Shown: positions 23,450 through 36,289 of the stretch, in pieces | Layout: every line of letters begins with the position of its first letter | Numbering within the stretch: the stretch's first letter is position 1 | NCBI GenBank assembly: GCA_008632985.1 | Contig: QPGO01000182.1 | Location: forward strand, 1 to 64,000 | DNA: 64,000 nucleotides | DNA from: Psammoneis japonica | Lineage: Eukaryota | Direction: 5' to 3' | Notes under the pieces: model-generated | Database searches by the model: none | Told to the model about the DNA's origin: nothing | Seen by the model: the letters and a program-made list of their open reading frames with translations, nothing else | Made by a program: the position numbers and the translations under genes

Positions 23450-24810
23450 AACGGTGGACATGAACATGATGCTCGATGACAGATGACTCCAACACATGAG
23501 TCTGTTGGCTCCATGGGATCGTCACATTGTATGATGAGTGTTGCTGCAAGAGTTGGAGATGATGTTGGGTGTTTCGTGTTGCTCCAATGGTGTGGGTTTC
23601 ATTGTCACCATGTGGATTCTCATCAAAAACTGGGTGCCTGACAAATGTTGATGTGTTGGTTTGCATTGCAGAAGGAGATTTTTACACCTCATCTCACCCT
23701 TTGAAGCTCAGAGAACAGAACCCCTGTTGTCAATGTGACTTCCACCATTCTGCCCACCAAGCCCAACACTCTTGTGTTGGCTCCTGCAGTTGGGTCCCTC
23801 TCAAATGCTCCCCCCAAGCATTTCCAAAAGATCTTTTCCCAAGTGAGCCCCGTGTCTCCAAGATCCAAGAGCATCAACTCCAAAAATTGCAGCAGCAGCA
23901 TCAAAGTCAAAGAGCATTGCTGCAAGTTTGGCTCTTGGGACTTGGCAAATGCTGCAAAGCATGTGCCTCACATGTCCAGTTCTTGTGCATCCAAGAATGT
24001 GTGACATTGACATGGCCACTCAGCAATTGTTCACTGGGTTGAGTGTGAGCTGGCATGGGTGTGTGCATTGTGCACTCCATGACTTCTGCTCCACTTCTCA
24101 AGTTTTGAGTTCACAGAACACAGCTGGAATTTGCCAGCAGCAGCATTGCATTCTGCAAAGTGGAGATGCTCCAAGAGGCAGCAAAAGACCATTTGGGAGG
24201 TTTCAAACCTTCACACAGAACTGGGAAAGGAAAGTCCTCCACAAAGACACCATTCTGTTTGAGCAGTGTGTGACTCCTCCTCCGACAAGAGTCACAGTGC
24301 TCAAGCTCTTGACGTAATGTGATGCAACAGTGCCTGCCTGAGCTGCTGACAACAAACATTTTCTTCTGCTGCACCTGTGTCCAGTTTCAACAGCAAGCAT
24401 GAGCTGCCTTTTGAGTGGGCACAGGTGGAGCCCTTGCCTTGTTTGGCATTTTGGGAGTCAGCAACCACCAACCAACTTTTTGGTGTCCAAGTCAGTGGGT
24501 CTGGAGAAACGGGCCGCTGAGCCCGCACAAACAAGGCCCCACACAAAATGTTTCAGGGCTCAGGTTTGCCACTCTGTCCAAAGGAAAACAAACAGAAAAG
24601 AAAGAAAGAAAGAAAGAAAGAAGTTTGAGAAACACAGAACGCCTCTGTGCGCTGGTTTGGAGTTGCACTGCATCCCCATTGCTGATCCAGGTGCGGGTGC
24701 CGCTGTCCCTCGTGTTGTGCAGTCCTACAGTCTCAGTTGACAAGATTGGTTTGACGGACTGTGCAGGGGTCTCGACACAAACATTCACACTGCACTGGTG
24801 AGAGCATTGT
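23450..24810. repeat. Degenerate repeat remnant, depleted in TpA and CpG
   Basis: Abrupt compositional shift with CA/TG excess; no recognisable intact ORF. Confidence 0.55.
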
Positions 24811-25144
24811 GACTTTCGATTTTCGATTCATAATTTCTTTTGACTCACTGGACTAAATCCGGGCGCGCCATTTTTTCAGCCGTCTGGCCGTCTCTAGCTA
24901 TAATAGCAGCCGTCGCTTTTTAGTCTTTTGCCTCTCTTATATCCCTGGTCCGCGCATTCACGTTGCGCGAAAGTACAACGTGGTTTTGTGCTGCTGCTAA
25001 CAATTAACAAAGCCGGTCATTTGACACCTGACCTGACCCAACTAGTTAAAGCAGGCTGTTTGTTTCAAATTTCAAAGAGCAAAGAGTCGCATCGAGATAT
25101 ACAATCGCTGGTTAAACGCTCAACTCACCTTTGGTCAACACACA

Positions 25145-25800
25145 ATGAGCTTGACAGCTTCAGGCAGCAAGAAAAGCTCGAAACGTCGTGGTATTGTTCG
25201 CAAAGCCGATGAGTGCGGCGCGTTGCCAACATCTGTTTTGGAAGAAATCCACATGGATGCTCAGCCTGTCGTTCCTCGGTTGCAAAGAAGAAGAGAGCTC
25301 GAAAGGAGCAAATCTACGGTCGCGCTCCGTTGGTGGAAGTAAACAAAGAAAGTGACGCACCTGCCACTCCCTTGTTGCCTTCGACAGGAAGTAGTGACAA
25401 CCGTGGTATTCAAGTGTCGCCAGAGGAAGAACGTCCCGCATATGACGAGAAAGAAAAAGTAGAAACTGAGGCCGCAACCACTACGGAAAATGAAAATACG
25501 AGTCAAACTGATGAGACTGCTACTGATCCAACGAACGAGACCACCAATGTTGAGAACGATGATACTAAGTTTTCCTATGGCACTGAAAAAGATGAGGCTT
25601 ATATGCGACGGTGGATTGACGATAACAAACTACCACAGTCCGTGGCAGATACGTTTCTGGAGTATGGCGCTCGTACTCTAGATGATGTTGTATTCATGGT
25701 AGAGAATCATTCCGAGGTTGCTTTGGAAAACTTGAAATTCTTAGACCGCATCAAGTTGCAGTCCGCCGTTGCTGCTCATGGGAACGCTGAGTCGAAGTAA
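25145..25800 (+). CDS. Hypothetical protein with acidic linker and SAM-like C-terminus (probable frameshift at ~25325)
   Basis: Overlapping ORFs 25145-25342 and 25213-25800; C-terminal RWIDDNKLPQSVADTFLEYGARTLDDV...LKFLDRIKL resembles a SAM fold. Confidence 0.45.
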
Positions 25801-26043
25801 TATGCTTCTACGTACAAATCGTTACAGGCACTGAACCGTTGGAAAATCGTTGAAACCTGAAAGTCTATAACAACTCTCATTTCGGATGGTTCCGGTGTTG
25901 CTCTCTCGTCACATACAGTAGATGTTTGTTAATTGCACAATCACCATCGAGTTCAAACGGAACAATTCCTGGGCTCACTCGTCGTTGACCAAGAAAAATT
26001 AGATCTGATCTAGCCACTTTCAAAAAAGAAATGACACAACTTA

Positions 26044-26268
26044 TTTGAAGCAGGCAATACAATTTAGGCTAAGGGACAAGGATAGCTTGACCTGCTTTAG
26101 CCTTTACTGGCGAATCCGCCAGCGTCGTCTCGAAGATAGTTTGCCACTAGCAGAAAAAAATGGCGCAATTTTGAAGCAGGCCATAGAATTTAGTATAAGG
26201 GACAAGAATAGCTTGACCTGCTTTAGCCTTTACAGGCGAATCCGCCAGGGTTGCTAAGATAGTTTGCC
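26044..26268. repeat. Two-copy direct repeat, period ~126 bp
   Basis: TTTGAAGCAGGC...ATAGCTTGACCTGCTTTAGCCTTTAC..GGCGAATCCGCCAG...AAGATAGTTTGCCA at 26044 and 26170. Confidence 0.85.
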
Positions 26269-26354
26269 ATAAGAGTGTCAGATAATTCAACAGACTAGCC
26301 CACCGCTTCCCAATTCTTCAAAGGCGTAAGCTACTCCTTTTCCTAGAGTCACGT

Positions 26355-28102
26355 CTACTTTGCTTTCTTATCTAGCTCCATCATTGCCGACAAACGCTCC
26401 ACAAGAGGCGGATGACTGTGATGATATGTTGAATACCAACGGTCTGGACACATTGCGCCCAAGTTCTCCAGATGAATCTTGCACAGGCCACTCTGAAGCT
26501 TCTTGCTCATTCCAAGGTCGACCGAGAACTTATCCGCCGCAAACTCATTCATGCGTGAATGCACCGTCAGAATAAAGGAAAGCATCTTGTCGACGGGGGC
26601 CCAGAGTGTTTGGAAAAAGAGCATGAGTGCAATAATGGTTGGAGTCGGCCTGCTTGGGTCGTCAAAGCCAAAGGCAGCATACAAGTCCCTGGAGCCATAG
26701 CAGAGAGAAAAGAAGTAAAACGCTGAACCAAAGTAAAGCTGCGTCACAACAAAATTGGTCAGCGTGTGACCTAATTTCCAATGGCCTGCAAGCGAATAAA
26801 AAACATTTGAGTAAGATGATATTGCAAAAAACCTCATATGCATTCACCGAGCTTTTCCCGTACCAAGCTCGTGACCGAGAATAGCGAGGATCTCATCTTC
26901 ATGAACCTGCTCAATCAACGTGTCAAAGAGCACTATAATAGAGGACACAGCCACGAGAGATTTCAAAACGTAACAATGGGGTAAGTTGACATTGCACAAC
27001 GTCTCGATACGCATTCGTTCAGGACGTCTTTCGTACCAATGCGCTTGTTCTTGCCAAAACCAAACATGAATGCATTGGAATGCGAGGAGCGCTTCGACCC
27101 ATCCATGACAAACAGCTTGGTCAATGGGTACTTGAGACGCCCGGCAAGTTCGTAAATTTGACGCCGAAGAGGCCCGTCTTCCAGAGGCTCGTACTTGTTG
27201 AAGAGTGGCATGATAAATACGGGTACAATGGTCATCATAAAGACAGAAAAGCAAAACATAAAGCCCCACACGTAAACAAAAAAGTATTCCCCACCACTCT
27301 TGATGATCCTTAGCAAAAGCGATACAAACGGACCGCCAATCACAAAGGTGAGCATAATCGACTTGATCTTGTCGGTGAAAAAGAGCTTGGGTGTCTGCTT
27401 GTTGAAGCCGTGCTTTTTCTCGATGCAAAAGGTGGAATACTACACAAAGAACAGTTCACGAAGTTTGTAAGCACCGCATTCTTTTTTGTGCAGTAGACAA
27501 TTTAACACAGAACACACAAACAAAAGTTCTTGCTCATGTACGTACCAGCTCAAAAGGAAGCGAAGTGACAGTCCCAATCAGCGTGACGAGCGCCAAGAAA
27601 ATGAGAGTAATTTTGATTTCATTCTCCTCTTCACTGTACGAGAACCAGTCTGACCCTAGCGAAACCGACGTGTCCCACAGATATGGAAAGAATCCCACCA
27701 GCAGAAATGTAACCGATTCCAATGTATCGTAGACAGATGAAATCATACCGAAATTGATCTTGTCGAGACCATAAGTTTGAGAGTTTTTGAACTTGTCTTG
27801 GAGTTGAGGAAGCAACGGTTTTTGCTCTTTGCTTCTTCACCCTCTTTGGTTTCTTCTTTCTTTTCCATGGTCCGTTCTGCATCAATGGCGGAAACCGTCG
27901 TGTTGAGCTCTTGTGGAAAAGAAGTTTTCTTGTAGCAACTCCGCTGTCTTGCATCTAGGTAGCTTTCCCAGCTAAACACCAACAGAGTAAACGCAATCGT
28001 CCCAGCCAGTGCCCAATAGCCCAAGAGGGACGAATCATCTGCTGCGGCTTCCGTGCTACCGCCACTCTGAGAATAAAGCGGAGTCAATGGAAGGTCAAAC
28101 AT
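26355..28102 (-). CDS. STE24: CAAX prenyl protease (Ste24, peptidase M48), multi-exon; apparent 1-nt frameshift at 27819-27823
   Basis: WESYLDARQ, GFNKQT, DGSKRSSHSNAFMFGF, ILGHELGHW (HExxH), NEFAAD, HSHPPLVERL. Confidence 0.9.
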
Positions 28103-28553
28103 GGTAATGGTGTGCACTTGGCCCTGGACTTCTTGGCGATCAAAATGATGTTGCTGTACGGCAAGCGGCAAGTTGGAAGTATCTTCTGCTCGACAAATTT
28201 GCGCCCCACTGTTCTGGGTTCCACGTTTTTCGCGGTCTTTTTTCAAATGGAGACGGGCGACGGACGATCCAATCGGCGCATTTGGTAGTATGTTTCTTAC
28301 GTAGAAAAGGCACTCCGCCATGAGCCACACATGTCACGAGTGATGGACAGACTGATGCATCGCAGCGAACAATACAAAACGATTCTCATTTTTTTCTTTT
28401 TCCTCTACAAACGACTATCCGATCAAACTGTCATCTTGTGTCCTTGTTGTGTTTAAATCTCGACAATAATAGAACCCTCGCGACCCTATTGACAGCAGAT
28501 TTACTCTATAAGAGATTTTCGATTCGTTCTGGTCAATTCTTTTTCACTAAGAA

Positions 28554-29630
28554 ATGGGTACAAAAATGGAGCAAAACGAACAAGTCGTATTCAATGACGC
28601 GCAACAGCAGGAACCTTCTGGTGAAGAGGATGTGACAGTGTTTCAGGATTTAATTGCGGGCGGAGTTGCTGGTTCTGCATCCGTCATTGTTGGTCATCCC
28701 TTTGATACTCTCAAGGTTCGCATGCAGACGGGATCTGGATCGGGATCCATGCTGTCGTTGGTACAACAGTTTGGAGGAGTCGGTTCGCTGTTTCGAGGAA
28801 TGACGGCTCCACTCTCGGCTGCGGCATTGATTAACGCTGTCATTTTTTCGAGTTATGGACAAAGTTCACGCCTATGGGACGAATATCTCATCAAGGGCCC
28901 TGTGGAACAGCCTGCGCATGTCGAAGGAAAGGACCCGCTCGTGGAGGAGGGAGCCGCTTTGCATGACCCCACTCTGAAAGCATTCATGTGTGGTTCGTTT
29001 GCGGGTTTTGTACAGGCGTTGCTAATTTGTCCCATGGAACATATCAAATGCCGTCTTCAAGTCCAGCATGGCAAAGGCAGTGCCGATCACGTCTTTTCGG
29101 GACCACTGGATGCGACACGAAAAATTCTGAGAAATCACGGCATTTCCGGCTTGTATCGCGGATGGTGGTGTACAGCACTGCGAGAGGTGCCGGCGTTTGG
29201 ATTGTACTTTGCCACTTATGATTGGGTCAAGGACCGTACCAACAGTTTCTTGGCCAAGCGTGCCGGAGTGGAAGAATACGCCGCTGCCTATCCTCATCAC
29301 ACGCACACGTGGGTATCATCGGCGCTGGCTGGTGGTGTCAGTGGAAGTTTAACATGGGCCGTCATTTATCCAGTCGATGTGATTAAATCGCGAATCCAGA
29401 CGGCTTCCTTTGATGTTCCGCGAGAACAGCTAAAAATGGTAAATGTCGGTCGAGCCATCGTTGCCAAGCATGGGTGGCAGTACATGTTTCGAGGCTTGGG
29501 AGTGACATTGACAAGAGCGGCGCCCGTCAATGGAATCATCTTTCCAGTATACGAATTTACTCTGTTACACCTTACAAATGGTGTTGATACACTCGCAGAA
29601 CGGAAAACGCGGGTAAATCATCAAGTTTAG
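28554..29630 (+). CDS. Mitochondrial carrier family protein (carnitine/basic amino acid carrier-like)
   Basis: Three Px[DE]xxKxR motifs: PFDTLKVR, PMEHIKCR, PVDVIKSR. Confidence 0.92.
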   Translation: MGTKMEQNEQVVFNDAQQQEPSGEEDVTVFQDLIAGGVAGSASVIVGHPFDTLKVRMQTGSGSGSMLSLVQQFGGVGSLFRGMTAPLSAAALINAVIFSSYGQSSRLWDEYLIKGPVEQPAHVEGKDPLVEEGAALHDPTLKAFMCGSFAGFVQALLICPMEHIKCRLQVQHGKGSADHVFSGPLDATRKILRNHGISGLYRGWWCTALREVPAFGLYFATYDWVKDRTNSFLAKRAGVEEYAAAYPHHTHTWVSSALAGGVSGSLTWAVIYPVDVIKSRIQTASFDVPREQLKMVNVGRAIVAKHGWQYMFRGLGVTLTRAAPVNGIIFPVYEFTLLHLTNGVDTLAERKTRVNHQV

Positions 29631-29742
29631 AGACATAGACTAACCGCTTCTGTTTGCTATATAATTATTATCGGGGGAACGATTTCTCCGGATCACTAAA
29701 GAGGTTTTCTTTGTCCTTTTCCCTGTACACAGCTGCCACTCA

Positions 29743-30846
29743 TTAGAAACCTCCATAAAGCACCGTTATGCTCGTATGGTCAATGAGATAGTGATCTCCA
29801 CTGGGCGTAGTGACCCTTTGCAACGTGAAACCGACGCATCCTCCGTTGACTAGTTTCCTCTTTTTGGAAATGTGTTCCAAGTCCCGAGGTAGGAAGCTTC
29901 GGAAAAAGGATCGAAACCACAAGGAATGACCGCCAGCAACGATATTGTCCTTTTTCACATCATCAAAAATGACACGGCAGAATTCTTCCATGCGCTGCAA
30001 TCCGTTGCTGTCGATTGGTTTGTTTCCCGTGTGAAGGGACGTGTCAACATGTGACAAGGTGTCCCCCAAATACAACCTGTCGGTCCAAGAGGGCAAGACT
30101 TTTCCTCGAGGAGGAGTGATGGAGAGCGCATCGGGATTCCTGCTCATTTCTTGTAACTGTGGGAGAATCAAAATGGAGTCTCCCGGATGATTTTGTTTCA
30201 AGCGATCTTGAAAGCCAATGGCCATGGTTGAGATTGCCCTCCGTAAGTTCGATGATACAATCTGCGAAGGCAATTCCTTTCCGCTCACAGGATCGCCCAG
30301 CATGAGGCGAACCAGCTCCGCCTCTCGAGGAGTGCTGTACTCCAACTGAGTATCATTCAGAAACTTGCGCACACCCAAAGCTTGGCCAATGCCTTTTTCA
30401 GAGAGAGGCGCATCAAAAAACCAGCTCTCATTGGCAGCTCCACTCACAAACAGATACCACTCGATAAAGATAGAGTAACATAGGTTCGGGATAAAATATA
30501 GAACGAAAGTCATGGTTGAACGATCTCCTTTGTTAAAGGTGTCGTTCCAGGTCGATTCGCCGTGTCGGACAAAAATTACGGTTTTCTTTTCAATTTCGCT
30601 CTCGTCGGCGTCGGCAAAAAAAGACGCTGGGTCTTTTTCGGGTTGCTTCCATTTTTTGTCGTTACAAAACAAAAGGTACTGAAACGTCGTGATCAATAGC
30701 AACAACTTTTGCAAAGTTGCGACCGGATGAAGGAGCAAACACATGAGACAAAGGAGGGAAACCGGACGCAGGAGCGACGCCAATGTCCAGCTGATGAAAA
30801 AGAGAGCAATGTATGGAAGACTCAACAACGATCCAATAAACGACAT
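29743..30846 (-). CDS. Histidine phosphatase / phosphoglycerate mutase-like protein with N-terminal TM region
   Basis: FVRHGESTWN, DAPLSEKG, SSNLRRAIST, GGHS motifs. Confidence 0.85.
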   Translation of the reverse strand: MSFIGSLLSLPYIALFFISWTLASLLRPVSLLCLMCLLLHPVATLQKLLLLITTFQYLLFCNDKKWKQPEKDPASFFADADESEIEKKTVIFVRHGESTWNDTFNKGDRSTMTFVLYFIPNLCYSIFIEWYLFVSGAANESWFFDAPLSEKGIGQALGVRKFLNDTQLEYSTPREAELVRLMLGDPVSGKELPSQIVSSNLRRAISTMAIGFQDRLKQNHPGDSILILPQLQEMSRNPDALSITPPRGKVLPSWTDRLYLGDTLSHVDTSLHTGNKPIDSNGLQRMEEFCRVIFDDVKKDNIVAGGHSLWFRSFFRSFLPRDLEHISKKRKLVNGGCVGFTLQRVTTPSGDHYLIDHTSITVLYGGF

Positions 30847-31298
30847 TGTGGAGAAACCACCCAACTCAAAACAAGCCTTGTGTGTAAGCAAACAAGTAGA
30901 TTTGCTCCGATGTGTTGTTTGGCGATTGGCGACCTCAACCTCCTCTAGCTAGTGCTCTAATGTCGTGTTCATTGGTGTTGCTAATACCGCTGATGAATTT
31001 TGCGTTGTCGCGTGTGAAATCGGACGTAGTTTCATGTGCTGCAGGACTTCGCGTTAGATGTTATGGCCCTACCGGTATTCATACTGTACGGTATGTATGT
31101 CATGGCATGTAGTGTATGATAGATACCGTACGGTACTACTAGATAGAGTGTGATAGATTTGGAGATTCATTCAAGAGGCATCGATGGATGCTGCGATCGA
31201 TCGACAACATGACAGTAACTCTAGCCTCGTCTCACTTGGAAGTCGCACCAGGCTTTTAGAGTACCCATACCTGGAAAAGAAAGATGCTTCCAAAATAA

Positions 31299-31955
31299 TC
31301 ATTTGCTATAGAGGAGCTTTCCTGCAATAATCATGATGCTAGACCAACTCTTTACGCTGCAAATAGCAAGCGCAAGGACAATTCCCGCAGTCCACCATCG
31401 CATTTTCCCTTCATAGCTCAAAAACAAGGAAAGCACAAAGGAAGCTTTGAAAAAGAGCAAGCTCAACACAAAGCACTCAAAAGCAGAATTCCTGTAACTC
31501 TGTGTTGCGTCAAAGAATTTGATATACTCGATATCTTTTTCCAGTCCAAGTGCACTTTTCGAATAGAGACCACACAAGCTAAACACAACAGTTGTGTAGG
31601 CTCCAGCTACAATCGACGTTCCAATGGTAATAGCAAATAGAATTTTTGCAATTCGATCTTGTCGCTTCTCGTTATCAACCAACTTTTTCGGTGTACTCGA
31701 AAAGAGTCGAAGCGAGGCATTCATCAAGAGAGTTGTCATGACGGCATAGGAATGCAAACCATCCAGTCGTAGTCTGACGCGCGCAATATCCAAAGCGGTA
31801 GACTCGGCACCTCCTCTCAGCAACAGCAGCGGGGCGACGACGGCTGACGTTGACACGTCCACAAACTGAGCAGCATTAGCAGATACAAATCCAACAGCTG
31901 GCGCAACTGCTGCACGGGCCATGGAAGTGACAGGATGAACCATGGAGACGATCAT
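31299..31955 (-). CDS. Hypothetical membrane protein
   Basis: 218-aa ORF with normal Tyr/TpA content, LRGG motif and 3-4 hydrophobic segments. Confidence 0.6.
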   Translation of the reverse strand: MIVSMVHPVTSMARAAVAPAVGFVSANAAQFVDVSTSAVVAPLLLLRGGAESTALDIARVRLRLDGLHSYAVMTTLLMNASLRLFSSTPKKLVDNEKRQDRIAKILFAITIGTSIVAGAYTTVVFSLCGLYSKSALGLEKDIEYIKFFDATQSYRNSAFECFVLSLLFFKASFVLSLFLSYEGKMRWWTAGIVLALAICSVKSWSSIMIIAGKLLYSK

Positions 31956-32219
31956 GATGCTCTTCTACAGTATGATGTTGGATGATGATGTCGACTGTTT
32001 AGCATTGAATTTTGGAATGATTCTGATTCTGAAATCTGTTTTTGGAATTTCGCAGTTCGCAAATTTATATAATAATTTCTGGGTTCTGAGGTTAATCATT
32101 ACGATATATTATTTTTTAATAGCTGGATGGTCAATGTCATTTTGAAATATTTTCTCTTTGGTTGTTTCATTCTGCTGCGTTTCCCGCTGGTCCTCAGCAT
32201 TTTGTTTTGCCAGCAGACT

Positions 32220-34680
32220 AGATGTCATGTGCTCTGACAATTGAATGAAGAGAGCAACAACAAGAAGCAGAGTTTGAGAGGAGAGCACAAAAAAAGAGAA
32301 CCACACCAGTGGTTCCAAGTTGATGTCACTCTGCCGGCTCCTGCCAGGCAGCCACAAAATGCAAGGCTCTCAACCAAGTGCCAGCACCCTTTCTTGGTTG
32401 GCACATCACATTCTTCAACAATGACAGCAACCCCAATGGGATCTAAGACATTTGTTGCAGCAAAAGCTGGTTGTCAACAAATGAGCAGAGGCACCAGCGC
32501 AGAGGAGCAGCAGGAGCAGCAGTGCAGCGCTTGCCGCCAGGCCTGTTCCAGCTCCAGGCGATGCTCACAGGTTGGATTCCCATCACTGGCCAATTTTTGA
32601 ATTTGGCACAATGAACTCTTTCAAAATCAGGTTTTTCCCAAATCAAAGGGTGCACACAAAACTCATGTTTTGTGTGCACCCACCTTTCGAAACGATCAAA
32701 TTTGAAGAAGTTCAACGTGCCAAACTGCAAAAAATCGGCCTCTCGCATGATGGATTTTTCATCACCTGGGGCTGGAAAATCCACCAGCACACTTCTAGAC
32801 AGGCTGCACTTTGACAAGAAAAGTTGCTTCACAAAGGCAACATTTGCCAATCAGGCTGTCACAAACAACACGCAAGTTCAAGAGAGTTTTTGCATGTGGC
32901 AAGGGGCAGACCCTCATGGCAGGGCCACTTTTGCAGCAGCACAAAATCCAACAACCTCTGGCACACACTCAACTTTGTGCATGCATGTTAAAACTGCAGT
33001 GCAACACCTGCATGACATGCCAGCGGGGGAGGGGGGTGCACATGGCTGCTGACAACCACTGCATTTGGGACTGTGCAAAAATCTGTGCGCACTTGTGTGG
33101 CATGACTTGGGATTATTTTGTGCACTGGCTGGAAGCGCAGTTGTCAGGCCATCCATTCAACAACCAAAGTTTTTTCATGCAGCTGCATTCTCTGATGCCC
33201 ACAGAAAAACCACAACTGTGCGTGCATGTTTTCCAAAAATCTTGAGCATCATGGAAAAATCATGCAGCAGCATCACACAAAATTGAAGTTGGTTGGCTCA
33301 TTTTGACATTGAAGATGAGCAGCATGCTCATTGCCCAACATGAATGAGCTCTGCAGCTCACACACAGATTTTTTCAGCGCCACATCATGCTGCACAAAGA
33401 ACACAAAACCCACCCAGAGCCAGGGTCCATCTTCATCATGGGGCCCCACAGTCTGCAGGAATTTTTGCATGTGGTGCTGAAACATGCAGCCTGCACATGC
33501 AAAACTGGTGCAGTTTCTGTGACAAAAAATCAAAAAAAGCCTGGTTTGCAAGGCAGCTCTGGTGCAAAACCTGTGCAATTGGTCCCCATGCATTCACGTT
33601 GAACTCCACGCATTTCTGGGGGTTGCAGATCCCTCCACATTTGTGGGGTCCCACGATGAATCTCTCTTGTTCTTGAGACACACGTGGGACAGTCATGCAA
33701 TGCGCACACAGATGAGGAGGTTTGTGTGCAAACAAGCTTTTTTCAAATGAGACATCTTGCAGCAAGCACAGGGCAAAAAAGAGAAAGATGAAAACATCTG
33801 GGCTCTGCTCCTCTGGCACACACCTCATGCCAATTTTGGATGTGGAGCCACCACAAAAAGTGCGCAGCAAAACACAGCTTCCCCAGGAGGCTCTCTTCTT
33901 GGTGGGGTGGGCACATTCATTGGCACCTTGTCATGAAGAGCAGCAAGGGCATGCACACACACAATTCTTGTCCAATGCAATGACTGAATGAAATAACTTG
34001 CTTTTTGACCTTTGACAACAACAATGCAGTGGCAGCAGCACAAACAAAATGGGGCTTCAAGTTGACACCCCACACTGCTGCCACTTCTTGGGGAACAGCA
34101 AGCAACTTCCAGGAGTCTTGGAAATGATTGGGGCAGGCACAACAGATTTGTCAATTTGTGCTGTTGGGTGCACAAAAAACGCACTGGAATTTTGTGTGAA
34201 CGGAGGTTGCCACAAGCGCGCTGCCAGAGCCATGTTGCACATGGTTGTTTTGGCTGCAGCTGCAGCAAACCATGCATTTTTGCACTAGATTTCCTGATTT
34301 CTGCACAAATTTGCTTTGGTTTCTAAAAAACTTCTCATTTGATTTGAGCTCCCTTCCCAGCCAAGAACCCTCAGCACATTTTCTGTTCTGCAGCATGTGG
34401 GGGACGAGGAGAGACAAAAGCAACCAAAAAGTGGTGTGTGTGCAGCTGAGCACACACAACAAGCAGCAGCGGCAGGAGAGACCACTTTGTGAAAAAAAAA
34501 GTGTCATCAGTTTTTCTGTCACAGGCAGATCAAAGTTGACAGTGGACAAAGTGTGTGCAAAAGCAAGTCTCACACCTGGGCATGATTTACCATGCCAAAA
34601 AAAATCCATGACCGATTGGGGCACAGCATTCCGAATCATCATCGCGTCAGACACGGTGACGTTCTGATCGCTGACGCGTT
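32220..34680. repeat. Degenerate repeat remnant, depleted in TpA and CpG
   Basis: CA/TG-saturated block bounded by normal-composition DNA; family not identifiable. Confidence 0.6.
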
Positions 34681-35354
34681 GAATTTTTCAAAATTTAACG
34701 TACTGTTTTTACTTTACCGGTATCGGCGACTGAACATTTATAATTGCACACAATTTTGATCCTCATTTCCTTTTTTTCCGTTCAAAATTCTCGTGTTGAG
34801 CGTGACAATCAACGCGGCTCACTTTTCTCCCGTCATCGCGCGCCCCTGGTGAATGAGGGTGTTGTCTTTGGTCGCAGATAATCACACCAAGGGTTGTTGC
34901 ATCGGTGAGTTGTCGCTCAGCTGCGAGTCGTAGATGTCCTAAATAACGCCGTTTTTGTTTCGTGAACGAGAGCAGTTTCAATGTCGCGTCATGGTCATGG
35001 TCGCCACACCAAAGTGATCCATCTGGCGCCGAAATTGTATTTAGATTTACTCAAGACTGTATACAATTGAATTGAAAAAGTGCATGCAACGAACATACCG
35101 TTCTCATCTCCCTCCAAAAGCGTTGCATCGCCAACAACAACATTATTTCGTGCTGTTGCGGAACAAAAGTCACTTCGTCACCTCTGTTTCTTTGTAATTC
35201 AGCGACTACTGTCGTTTTGCCCTTGAGCAACGCGTTTGTTAGTCACAGGTCAACTCGTGGATTCGTAGTTTGCTGATTCGGGACTCTCACGTGATCACCT
35301 TTTGACTTTTTTCCACAATTGCCGCCAATACAGTCACGTCATTGTTTGTAAACC

Positions 35355-36289
35355 ATGTCAGCATACGCCTTGCCTGGACCTCTGTTTCCACCCGTCAAGC
35401 TGCGACCTAGCAGGGGGGAGTTGTCTTCTGAATGTCGCTCCGACAGTTGGTCACCGTCTACCTCACCGCAGCACAAGGAGACAACCTCGGCAGACAGTCA
35501 TGCCGTGACCAAGAACGAAAGCACGAGAAGAACCGCAGAAGTTGGAATTGCAGTCAAGAAAGGTAGAATAGATCCAAGCCACCTCGTCAAGGCTCCAAGA
35601 AGACGAAACCTAAGCAGCTACCCCCAAGATGATTTCACAAGCTCGGGAAAAGAGTTCAATGATGGCGTCGTGCAGTTGCCTCATGGAGATGCTATTGAGT
35701 TTGAGCTATCGATCTCCTCAACGGGAGAGACTACTCGGCAAAAAGATCGCTTCCAAGCATAATTCAACTCCGTAACGAGCTCATTCGCGAGGTCAATAGG
35801 CGCAGAAACGGATCACAGCTTGGATGGAGGAGACCGAAAGCAACCTTTGATCATGAACCAAAATTTATTGATAAGGATGATGATACGGTGGAAACGGTGG
35901 AGTCAGAGTACGATGATGACATGGTAGATGTCACCATTCCTGAGCTCCCAGACTGTATTGCAGATAACGCTGAAAGTGTCTCGACGGGCGGAGTAGGTGC
36001 GAGAGGCTTTCGATTGCTGCAAGCAGTGATCCATTCGTATTGTCCCGTGATTGAACGGTGGTTGCGGCATGTGGCGGATATCGTCCCTCCCAGCAGCAGC
36101 CCTTGTCTCATGAAGTTTCTCTGGGAACCACTTTCTCAGGGTTCAGAGGTTCGAGACTTGAGGCCATTAAAAAAGCATGGAAGTTTCTCCACATCGCTTG
36201 ATAGCATTGACGAATACGAGAACTTGGAAGAGGAGAAAGAAGAAACAGACGATAGGGTGCTGGTGAGAAAGGTGGTTGCACAAAGCTAG
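35355..36289 (+). CDS. Hypothetical protein with PX-like domain; apparent 1-nt frameshift at ~35716
   Basis: Restoring one base joins FELSIS to NGRDYSAKRSLPSIIQLRNEL...IPELP...SYCPVIERWL...FLWEP. Confidence 0.55.

Noticed and set aside
24595..24622. (GAAA)n tract
   Set aside because: Ordinary short microsatellite within a degenerate repeat.
26044..26268. CRISPR-like array
   Set aside because: Only two long units, no repeat-spacer periodicity, eukaryotic context and no cas genes.
34643..34678. CGCGTCAG...CTGACGCG hairpin at a repeat border as a Helitron 3' end
   Set aside because: No properly placed CTRR terminus and no Rep/helicase remnants recognised.
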